Source of the DNA: Flavobacteriales bacterium
GTDB taxonomy: Bacteria; Bacteroidota; Bacteroidia; Palsa-965
DNA length: 15,307 bases
Assembly: GCA_040377305.1 (NCBI GenBank)
Contig: JBEIPA010000051.1
Span: 1-15,307, forward strand
Reading direction: 5' to 3'
Below are positions 1 through 6,523 of this stretch, piece after piece (position 1 is the stretch's first letter; every line of letters starts with the position of its first letter). Made by a program: the position numbers and the translations under genes. Under the pieces are notes generated by a model. That model made no database searches, was not told where the DNA came from, and worked only from the letters and a program-made list of their open reading frames with translations.

Positions 1-524
1 GTGTTGCTCACCGTATTGTTGCTGATCACTGGCGAAAATGCAGGGGGGAAATTCATGTAGCCACAAATCAGAAAGCCCGAATCAGTGGTGGCCACCGCTT
101 CTACTCCCCAATCGTAATTAGTTCCCCCGATTCCACTAGTCCAAATGAGCTGACCGTTCATGTCGAGTTTATTGATGTACACATCTGAATTTCCTAATCC
201 AGCACCATACGTATTTCCTAAAACGACAATAAAACTGTCTGCAGTAATTACAATTGATTGGCAAGAGTCATTACCCGTTGTACCAACCGCTTTACTCCAA
301 AGCACATTTCCGTTAACATCAAGACGTGTGATCATCATATCCTGACCGCCACTACCAAAGCCCTCAACCGAACCAGCGACAATAAGGCCTCCGTCTGCAG
401 TTAGGACAGAACTGCTAACGACATCAAACAAAGAAGCGCTCAGTGTTTTTTCGTACGACTGAGCGGATAATACAACTCCGGAAAATGCAAGGAGAGTGAA
501 AATCAGACGTGATATTGTTTTCAT
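1..524 (-). CDS. Secreted protein with beta-propeller-type repeats (typical of Bacteroidota T9SS cargo); 5' part only, runs off the window edge
   Basis: Not in ORF track; translated by hand from ATG at 524: MKTISRLIFTLLAFSGVVLSAQSYEKTLSASLFDVVSSSVLTADGGLIVAGSVEGFGSGGQDMMITRLDVNGNVLWSKAVGTTGNDSCQSIVITADSFIVVLGNTYGAGLGNSDVYINKLDMNGQLIWTSGIGGTNYDWGVEAVATTDSGFLICG..., open to base 1. Signal peptide ending in SA|Q; about three ~50-aa repeats of T.DGG.I.AG...D..I.KLD.NG...W...GG...D. A T9SS CTD cannot be seen. Confidence 0.85.
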   Translation of the reverse strand, partial: MKTISRLIFTLLAFSGVVLSAQSYEKTLSASLFDVVSSSVLTADGGLIVAGSVEGFGSGGQDMMITRLDVNGNVLWSKAVGTTGNDSCQSIVITADSFIVVLGNTYGAGLGNSDVYINKLDMNGQLIWTSGIGGTNYDWGVEAVATTDSGFLICGYMNFPPAFSPVISNNTVSN

Positions 525-578
525 AGTCGAGATTTATAAGGCAGGCTGCATGGAGACAGACGATGACGCATACGACGA

Positions 579-605
579 ATAACGATCTGTAAATAGAAAG
601 TTACA
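579..605 (-). promoter_or_regulatory. Candidate ECF-sigma promoter TGTAAC-N15-CGTTAT
   Basis: Minus strand reads TGTAAC tttctatttacagat CGTTAT, ~55 nt upstream of the ATG at 524; identical boxes and spacer length at 7720..7746; matches the general ECF -35 AAC / -10 CGT pattern. Confidence 0.55.
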
Positions 606-633
606 AACATTACTTAGAAAGACAAATTTGAAA

Positions 634-650
634 TGACGGTTTTGCCGTCA
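634..650 (-). terminator. Possible weak intrinsic terminator after paaE
   Basis: TGACGG-ttttg-CCGTCA 6-bp stem ~40 nt past the paaE stop, followed on the minus strand by TTTCAAATTTG; short stem and broken U-tract. Confidence 0.3.
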
Positions 651-691
651 CGGTGTGGCCCCGTAATTACAACGATCGCACAGTAATCAAA

Positions 692-1777
692 CTACGGCTC
701 ATCATAACTCACCACCAACGTTTCCGTGGCAGGATGCGCCTGACAAGTGAGAATGTAACCTTGCGCTACTTCTTCTTCGGTGAGTGCGTAGTTCATCTGC
801 ATCGTCGCACTGCCTTCGAGGACTTTCGCGCGACAAGTACAACACACGGCACCTTTACACGCGAACGGAACATCCATTTTCACTTTGATCGCTGTGTCGA
901 GAATCGTTGCTCCATCAGACGGAATATCGAACTTCTCTTCTGCTCCGTCAAGAATGATCGTCACTTTACTCACGAACTTTCCTGTTGGGGTGACTTGAGA
1001 TTTTTTCTCGGCTGCAGCAACCGCTTCAATCACGGCAGAAAAATATTCGATATGTGTACGATCTCCAGGTGCTTTCAGATCAGCGAGAACTTTCTTCACG
1101 TTCTCCATCATTGGCGTTGGACCGCAGATGAAATATTCGTTGTTGTCAGCAAGACCAACATGCTTGTCAAAAATCGCGCGAGCTTTCTCAGGCAATAGCA
1201 TTCCTGTGTACAACGCATCGGTTCCTGCCAGTGGGTTTTCCATCACGTGAATCACCACCAGACGCGACGAATTATTTTTCGCAAGCTCATCAATCTGCTT
1301 TTTGAAAATCGCCGATTGCTCATCGCGGTTTCCGTAAATTAAAGTGATGCGGCTGTTCGGCTCTGTTGCGAGAACGCTTTTCAGAATGGAAAACATCGGA
1401 GTGATTCCGCTTCCACCTGCGAACAACACGTAGTGCTTTTTATTTCCCGCATCGAGCTTCGAATAAAAATTGCCCATCGGTGTCATCACATCAACCGTTT
1501 CGCCAATGTTCAGCTTCTTGTTGATCCACGTCGAACCTTTTCCGTTCGTCACCATTTTCACGGCAACACGGAGTTCTTTATCGGTAACAGGGCTACTGCA
1601 CAATGAATACGAACGACGAATTTCTTCTCCGTCAATATTCATTTTCAAGGTCAGATATTGTCCCTGGATATATTGGTATTCTGACTTCAGCTCTGCCGGA
1701 ACATCGAACACAACCGACACACAATCAGCGGTTTCCTGTGTGATTTCTGCAACCTGAAGTGGGTGAAATTTTGCCAT
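692..1777 (-). CDS. paaE: Phenylacetyl-CoA epoxidase reductase subunit (FAD/NAD(P)H-binding domains + C-terminal 2Fe-2S ferredoxin)
   Basis: N-term FHPLQVAEI..ET; FAD motif RRSYSLCS; NAD motif FAGGSGITP; YFICGP; ferredoxin PFACKGAVCCTCRAK...ILTCQA; adjacent to paaABCD. Confidence 0.95.
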   Translation of the reverse strand: MAKFHPLQVAEITQETADCVSVVFDVPAELKSEYQYIQGQYLTLKMNIDGEEIRRSYSLCSSPVTDKELRVAVKMVTNGKGSTWINKKLNIGETVDVMTPMGNFYSKLDAGNKKHYVLFAGGSGITPMFSILKSVLATEPNSRITLIYGNRDEQSAIFKKQIDELAKNNSSRLVVIHVMENPLAGTDALYTGMLLPEKARAIFDKHVGLADNNEYFICGPTPMMENVKKVLADLKAPGDRTHIEYFSAVIEAVAAAEKKSQVTPTGKFVSKVTIILDGAEEKFDIPSDGATILDTAIKVKMDVPFACKGAVCCTCRAKVLEGSATMQMNYALTEEEVAQGYILTCQAHPATETLVVSYDEP

Positions 1778-1794
1778 GATTTTGAAATTCGGTG

Positions 1795-1802
1795 CGAAAA
1801 TA
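1795..1802 (-). promoter_or_regulatory. Bacteroidota sigma70 -7 box variant for paaE (TATTTTCG)
   Basis: Minus strand TATTTTCGCA, one mismatch to TAnnTTTG, 17 nt upstream of the paaE ATG. Confidence 0.5.
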
Positions 1803-1832
1803 CGGAATATGCGGGTAAGAAAACGTGGATCT

Positions 1833-1917
1833 AACGCTGCAAGGGTTTAACCCTTGAAGGGTGTCACCACAAAAATCAACGCCGCAAGGGTTTAACCCTT
1901 GAAGGGTGTCGCCACAA
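1833..1917. repeat. Two tandem 40-bp direct repeats (period 45), each with a 17-bp palindrome CAAGGGTT-T-AACCCTTG
   Basis: AACGCTGCAAGGGTTTAACCCTTGAAGGGTGTCACCACAA (1833..1872) vs AACGCCGCAAGGGTTTAACCCTTGAAGGGTGTCGCCACAA (1878..1917), 38/40 identical. Confidence 0.9.
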
Positions 1918-1929
1918 TGCCGAGTTCCC

Positions 1930-1941
1930 TGACAATTGTCA
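1930..1941. promoter_or_regulatory. Perfect 12-bp palindrome TGACAATTGTCA (TGA-N6-TCA, CRP/FNR-family-like operator)
   Basis: Perfect dyad ending 24 nt upstream of the paaA -7 box. Confidence 0.5.
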
Positions 1942-1965
1942 TTCTTAAACCCCGCATCAAATCGT

Positions 1966-1973
1966 TATATTTG
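1966..1973 (+). promoter_or_regulatory. Bacteroidota sigma70 -7 box for paaABCD (TATATTTG)
   Basis: Exact TAnnTTTG match 27 nt upstream of the ATG at 2001. Confidence 0.7.
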
Positions 1974-2000
1974 TTCATTCTAAAAGATTTCAGCCAAAAC

Positions 2001-2948
2001 ATGGAAAATTCGGTTCAATTCGAGGAAAATTTCAACGCAAAACTCGATAAAGGAGACTTTATTGAGCCCAAAGACTGGATGCCGGAGAAGTATCGCAAGA
2101 CACTCATCCGCCAGATTTCACAGCACGCGCATTCCGAAGTTATCGGTCAGCAACCCGAAGGAAACTGGATTACACGCGCCCCAAGTCTTCGCCGTAAAGC
2201 GGTGTTGCTCGCAAAAGTTCAGGATGAAGCCGGACACGGACTTTACCTCTACTCTGCTTGCGAAACAATGGGAATCAGTCGCGATGAACTTATCAATCAG
2301 CTTCACACAGGCAAAGCAAAATATTCCAGCATCTTTAACTACCCAACATTAACGTGGGCAGATATGGGTGCAATCGGCTGGCTCGTTGACGGAGCTGCAA
2401 TTGTAAACCAGGTGATGTTGCAACGTACTTCGTATGGTCCGTATTCACGTGCAATGGTTCGCATCTGTAAAGAAGAAAGTTTTCACCAGCGTCAAGGCTA
2501 TGAAATTATGGCTGTGCTTGCTGCTGGAACTGCCGAGCAGAAAAAAATGGCGCAGGAGTCACTCAACCGTTGGTGGTGGCCCTCGATCATGATGTTTGGT
2601 CCGCCCGATTCGGTTTCAAAAAATTCTGCTGATTCAATCCGCTGGAAAATCAAACGTGAAACGAACGACGAGTTACGTCAGAAATTTATTGATCGCACCG
2701 TTGCACAAGCTGAATTGATCGGACTTGTTCTTCCCGACAAAGATTTGAAATGGAACGAAGCACGTGGTCATTACGACTTCGGAACAATTAACTGGGAAGA
2801 GTTCAATACTGTTGTAGCTGGAAACGGTCCGTGCAACAAACAACGTCTTGCTCATCACAAAGCTGCGCACGATAATGGTGCATGGGTGCGTGAAGCGGCG
2901 GCAGCACACGCGAAGAAAAAAGCACAGAAAGCAACGATGGTTGCATAG
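2001..2948 (+). CDS. paaA: 1,2-phenylacetyl-CoA epoxidase catalytic (di-iron) subunit A
   Basis: [37 protein letters not shown], di-iron motifs QDEAGH and KEESFH. Start moved from the TTG at 1899 (inside the repeat, upstream of the promoter) to ATG 2001, preceded by an A-rich AAAAC. Confidence 0.97.
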   Translation: MENSVQFEENFNAKLDKGDFIEPKDWMPEKYRKTLIRQISQHAHSEVIGQQPEGNWITRAPSLRRKAVLLAKVQDEAGHGLYLYSACETMGISRDELINQLHTGKAKYSSIFNYPTLTWADMGAIGWLVDGAAIVNQVMLQRTSYGPYSRAMVRICKEESFHQRQGYEIMAVLAAGTAEQKKMAQESLNRWWWPSIMMFGPPDSVSKNSADSIRWKIKRETNDELRQKFIDRTVAQAELIGLVLPDKDLKWNEARGHYDFGTINWEEFNTVVAGNGPCNKQRLAHHKAAHDNGAWVREAAAAHAKKKAQKATMVA

Positions 2949-3026
2949 TCAGACCTCGGTACGCCTGAAATCACGACTCAAGAATATCGTCGTTGCTACT
3001 CGGCCTGACAATACAACCATGAACGA

Positions 3027-3058
3027 AAATCATAAATATTAAATCGCAAATTATAAAT
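3027..3058 (+). repeat. Heptamer tandem array AAATnnn x4.5 ending in the paaB start codon
   Basis: AAATCAT AAATATT AAATCGC AAATTAT AAAT(G). Confidence 0.55.
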
Positions 3059-3347
3059 GAGTTCCGATTCACAATTCCCTCTTTGGGAAGTTTTCATTCA
3101 GGCAAAGTCAGGCACACCGCATAAACATGCAGGAAGTGTTCACGCAGTCGATAAAGAAATGGCCTTGCAGAATGCACGCGATATTTACACGCGCCGTAGC
3201 GAAGGCACAAACATTTGGGTTGTTCCTGCAGCAAATATCGTTGCATCAAGCCCGGAAGATCTCGGTCCTTTCTTCGAGCCGTCGAACGATAAGCCGTATC
3301 GTCACCCGACTTTTTACGAATTGCCGGAAGGCGTAAAATTCATGTAA
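3057..3347 (+). CDS. paaB: 1,2-phenylacetyl-CoA epoxidase subunit B
   Basis: PLWEVFI, HKHAGSVHA.D.EMALQNARDIYTRRSEG.NIWVV, DKPYRHPTFY. Confidence 0.97.
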   Translation: MSSDSQFPLWEVFIQAKSGTPHKHAGSVHAVDKEMALQNARDIYTRRSEGTNIWVVPAANIVASSPEDLGPFFEPSNDKPYRHPTFYELPEGVKFM

Positions 3348-3350
3348 GCG

Positions 3351-4109
3351 ATGAGCAACAATTCTGCTTTACTGGATTTTGTAATTCGTCTCGGCGATAA
3401 CAATCTTATTCTCGGTCACCGATTGAGTGAGTGGTGTTCACATGGCCCTTTTCTCGAAGAAGATATAGCCACTGCAAACATTGCACTCGATCATGTGGGT
3501 GCTGCACGATTGCTTCTTACATACGCCGGAGAAATTGAAGGTGGAAAGTCAGAAGACGATTACGCCTATCTCCGCGATCACGTTGAATTTAAATGCGCAC
3601 TGCTCGTTCAGCAACCAAATGGTGACTTCGGCGATACACAAGCCCGTCAACTGTACTATTCTTCATTCGCGTACATTCTTTACACAGAATTAAAGAATAG
3701 CAAGAACGAGCAACTGGCTGCGTTTGCCACAAAGGCAATCAAAGAAACTATTTACCACCTGCGTCACTGCAGCGAATGGGTTATTCGTCTCGGCGATGGA
3801 ACGGACGAGAGCAAACAGCGCATGCAGAAAGCATTAGATAATCTGTGGACATACACCGGAGATTTGTTTGCAACCACTGCGGGCGATGCGCAACTCGTGA
3901 AAGACGGAATCATTCCTGATGTTGCATCACTTCAATCAAAGTGGTACGACATGGTGAAAGAAGTTGTAACACGTGCAACACTTACAATGCCGGATGCAAG
4001 TGCATTCATGCAAAGCGGAAGTCGCGAAGGAAAACACACGGAACATTTGAGTTACCTCGTTGGAGAAATGCAATCGGTAACACGGGCGTTCCCTGGGGCG
4101 AAGTGGTAA
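3351..4109 (+). CDS. paaC: 1,2-phenylacetyl-CoA epoxidase structural subunit C
   Basis: RLGDNNLILGHRLSEWCSHGPFLEEDIA, QPNGDF, WVIRLGDGTDES, GKHTEHL, C-terminal PGAKW. Confidence 0.97.
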   Translation: MSNNSALLDFVIRLGDNNLILGHRLSEWCSHGPFLEEDIATANIALDHVGAARLLLTYAGEIEGGKSEDDYAYLRDHVEFKCALLVQQPNGDFGDTQARQLYYSSFAYILYTELKNSKNEQLAAFATKAIKETIYHLRHCSEWVIRLGDGTDESKQRMQKALDNLWTYTGDLFATTAGDAQLVKDGIIPDVASLQSKWYDMVKEVVTRATLTMPDASAFMQSGSREGKHTEHLSYLVGEMQSVTRAFPGAKW

Positions 4110-4248
4110 TATGCTAATGTGTTAATCTGCTAATTTGCTAAAAGCTCTGAGCGACGCAGGATTGAGGCTTTTGTCAACGACCAACAAACGTCTTTCTATT
4201 TTAAATACATTCTTTAGCACATTATCCCATTAGCATATTAGCACATTA
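4107..4248. repeat. Inverted pair of octamer tandem arrays (TAATnTGC x4 / GCAnATTA x4) filling the paaC-paaD gap
   Basis: Left TAATATGC TAATGTGT TAATCTGC TAATTTGC TAAAAG (4107..4144); right CTTTA GCACATTA TCCCATTA GCATATTA GCACATTA (4212..4248). Confidence 0.85.
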
Positions 4249-4250
4249 TC

Positions 4251-4757
4251 ATGGGAGAGATTCATAAGCTACCAACCGTTTCCAATGAGATCCTCGACAT
4301 TCTGAAGAGTGTAAGCGATCCGGAAATTCCTGTGCTGAGCGTAATTGACATGGGCATTGTACGTGATGTGATCGAAGGAAAAGAATCCGTTGAAGTTTAC
4401 ATTACTCCTACGTACAGTGGTTGTCCGGCAATGGATGCGATTTCGAAGGATATTGAACGCGCGTTATCACAGCGAGGTTTTTTACATGTAGTAGTCAAGC
4501 AGGTTCTTTCTCCAGCATGGACAACCGATTGGATTACCGAAGAAGGTAAACGCAAGCTCGAAGAATACGGCATTGCTCCTCCTCAAACTTCTACTGCTGA
4601 GAAAAGTGTTTTGTTTGGCGAACACAAAGCAGTTCGTTGTCCGCGATGCAAATCGGAGAACACAACCATGATTTCCAACTTCGGATCTACGGCGTGCAAA
4701 GCCTTGTGGAAGTGTGAAGATTGTAAGGAGCCGTTTGATTATTTTAAGTGTATCTGA
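4251..4757 (+). CDS. paaD: 1,2-phenylacetyl-CoA epoxidase accessory subunit D (DUF59-like + Zn ribbon)
   Basis: VSDPEIPVLSVIDMGIVR, TPTYSGCPA, LSPAWTTDWI, CPRC..FGSTACKALWKCEDCKEPFDYFKC. Confidence 0.96.
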   Translation: MGEIHKLPTVSNEILDILKSVSDPEIPVLSVIDMGIVRDVIEGKESVEVYITPTYSGCPAMDAISKDIERALSQRGFLHVVVKQVLSPAWTTDWITEEGKRKLEEYGIAPPQTSTAEKSVLFGEHKAVRCPRCKSENTTMISNFGSTACKALWKCEDCKEPFDYFKCI

Positions 4758-4763
4758 TCGAAG

Positions 4764-5216
4764 ATGAAAAGCTTTACCGCTTTCCTAATCTTGATTTTAT
4801 TATCGACAGGATGTGGTGTCACTTCAAGTTTGCTCTGCGTGAGTCAGCAACTTGGCCCTATTTATTTCATCGGTACTGATAAAGCGACACATACCAATGG
4901 ACTATGGTTATTGAAATACGTTTCGCCAAGAGATTCATTTAATAATTATCCCCCTCAAGCAGACTGGGCTTTAATATTTAAGGATATGGAAAGTGTGGGT
5001 TATGATAAAACATCTCTCATCGGTAGAAGGACGGGATACAAAAATCGGTTTGTCATCATAACATCGAATAACACTTCGATTGAGAAATTTAAATTTTATC
5101 GGGACAGCGTGGCTTTTCTAAAAGGCCGAACAGAACTAGGAGTTCCGGAATCAATCAATTTCAGCCCCGTACGTTACGAAGCCTTTGTACCGTGTCTCAG
5201 TGATACAGCTCGTTGA
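4764..5216 (+). CDS. Hypothetical lipoprotein
   Basis: MK + hydrophobic stretch + lipobox-like LSTG|C (Cys17); starts 6 nt after the paaD stop; no recognised domain. Confidence 0.7.
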   Translation: MKSFTAFLILILLSTGCGVTSSLLCVSQQLGPIYFIGTDKATHTNGLWLLKYVSPRDSFNNYPPQADWALIFKDMESVGYDKTSLIGRRTGYKNRFVIITSNNTSIEKFKFYRDSVAFLKGRTELGVPESINFSPVRYEAFVPCLSDTAR

Positions 5217-5314
5217 ATGGTGGGATTAATCTCTGCTCTAAGGAAACCGTGCGTTTTTCCTAATAAACCCATTGTATCACTTGAAGTTTATCCCTCTATC
5301 TTTCATATAATTAA

Positions 5315-5354
5315 CGGAAACCCATCGTGAAACATCGGAAACCCGTCGCGGAAC
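5315..5354 (+). promoter_or_regulatory. 19-bp direct repeat with 21-bp period, candidate activator site
   Basis: CGGAAACCCATCGTGAAAC (5315..5333) and CGGAAACCCGTCGCGGAAC (5336..5354), 16/19 identical, upstream of the -7 box at 5379. Confidence 0.55.
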
Positions 5355-5378
5355 TCTTTTTAGTGTGAAATACCGCTC

Positions 5379-5386
5379 TAAATTTG
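5379..5386 (+). promoter_or_regulatory. Bacteroidota sigma70 -7 box (TAAATTTG)
   Basis: Exact TAnnTTTG 10 nt before the TTG at 5397 (19 nt before the ATG at 5406). Confidence 0.6.
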
Positions 5387-5396
5387 CTTTACAAAC

Positions 5397-5594
5397 TTGA
5401 TTTCTATGATGATTCTTGCGTTTGTTTGCCCTGCGATTTTCGGAATTCCAATGGCCACTGCAATGATGGCAAAAGGTCAAGGCCGCAATCCGGTGCTCTG
5501 GTTTTTCCTTGCGTTCCTGCTTCCTGTTGTGTCGACACTAAGCTTGTTTTTCCTGCCGGAAGTTAAGCCCAAAGCAGAGCTCGCAGCAGAATAA
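5397..5594 (+). CDS. Small two-helix membrane protein (start may be ATG 5406)
   Basis: Two hydrophobic segments around AKGQGRNPVLWFFLAFLLP, resembling the common A..KGR....WF.LG...P small membrane protein pattern; has its own promoter box. Confidence 0.75.
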   Translation: MISMMILAFVCPAIFGIPMATAMMAKGQGRNPVLWFFLAFLLPVVSTLSLFFLPEVKPKAELAAE

Positions 5595-5642
5595 CGCATC
5601 TCAAAAATTGGTACTTTTAGTCTATTCTATTTCCCCGTTAGT

Positions 5643-5676
5643 ATCAACTAATCGGAAATTGGGAATCAACTAATCG
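5643..5676 (+). repeat. Perfect 12-bp direct repeat ATCAACTAATCG, period 22
   Basis: Copies at 5643..5654 and 5665..5676; the second ends 5 nt before the paaG ATG. Confidence 0.75.
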
Positions 5677-5681
5677 ATACC

Positions 5682-6461
5682 ATGTCTACATTCATTCTTT
5701 CCGAACACACAAACGGTGTTGCGATCATCAAACTCAACCGTCCCGATAAATTCAACGCGTTCAATCGCGAGATGTCGCTTCAATTGCACAAAGCACTCGA
5801 TGCTGCAGCTGCCGATGAATCTGTTCGCGCCATTTACCTCACCGGAGAAGGGAAAGGTTTCTGCGCCGGACAAGATCTCAGTGAAGCCATTGATCCGCAA
5901 GGACCGAGTTTGCTGCAGATTGTAACAGAACACTACAATCCAATCATCACACGTTTACGTTCTATTGAAAAACCAATCGTGTGTGCGGTTAATGGAATCG
6001 CGGCAGGTGCTGGTGCGAACATTGCTCTCGCATGTGATATTGTTGTGGCAACAGCTTCTGCGAGTTTCATCCAGGCGTTTTCAAAAATTGCGTTGATCCC
6101 GGATAGCGGCGGAACATTTATACTTCCGCGTCTCGTAGGATTCCAGCGTGCTGCTGCTTTAATGATGACAGGCGACAAAGTAATGGCTGCCGATGCGCAA
6201 CAGATGGGAATGATTTACAAAGTGTACGATGATGCATCATTCGCAGAAGAGTCCATGAAATTTACAATCGGACTTTCCATGATGCCTACAATCGGACTCG
6301 GATTGACGAAGCGCTTGCTCAATGAGGGAACAACGAATTCACTCGAACAACAACTCGAACGTGAAGCGGTGATTCAGGTTGAAGCAGCACAGTCGTACGA
6401 TTTCAAAGAAGGCGTTCAATCGTTTTTAGAGAAGAGGAAACCAGTTTTCAAAGGAAAGTAG
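5682..6461 (+). CDS. paaG: 2-(1,2-epoxy-1,2-dihydrophenyl)acetyl-CoA isomerase (crotonase family)
   Basis: LNRPDKFNAF, GFCAGQDL, HYNPII, AVNGIAAGAGANIALACD, LIPDSGGT (PaaG-type Asp), FLEKRKPVFKG; paa context. Confidence 0.93.
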   Translation: MSTFILSEHTNGVAIIKLNRPDKFNAFNREMSLQLHKALDAAAADESVRAIYLTGEGKGFCAGQDLSEAIDPQGPSLLQIVTEHYNPIITRLRSIEKPIVCAVNGIAAGAGANIALACDIVVATASASFIQAFSKIALIPDSGGTFILPRLVGFQRAAALMMTGDKVMAADAQQMGMIYKVYDDASFAEESMKFTIGLSMMPTIGLGLTKRLLNEGTTNSLEQQLEREAVIQVEAAQSYDFKEGVQSFLEKRKPVFKGK

Positions 6462-6465
6462 TGTC

Positions 6466-6502
6466 GATATGCAAATTTGCAGATGTGCAGATATGCAGAT
6501 GC
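6466..6502 (+). repeat. Octamer tandem array (G/A)ATnTGCA x4.5 after the paaG stop
   Basis: GATATGCA AATTTGCA GATGTGCA GATATGCA GATGC; no inverted partner in the gap. Confidence 0.75.
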
Positions 6503-6523
6503 TAAACTTGTTAAAAAGGATTT

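Noticed and set aside
555-586. Recurring GACG/ACGA words
   Set aside because: Irregular spacing and very short; not distinguishable from chance.
160-1757. Plus-strand ORFs 160..345, 653..1198 and 1470..1757
   Set aside because: Antisense shadows of the beta-propeller gene and paaE; no recognisable motifs.
1833-1917. Mini CRISPR array (palindromic ~40-bp direct repeats)
   Set aside because: Only two units separated by 5 nt (no spacer-length sequence) and no cas genes in the window.
1899-2000. 34-aa N-terminal extension of PaaA in the ORF track
   Set aside because: TTG lies inside the repeat and upstream of the -7 promoter box; PaaA similarity begins after Met at 2001.
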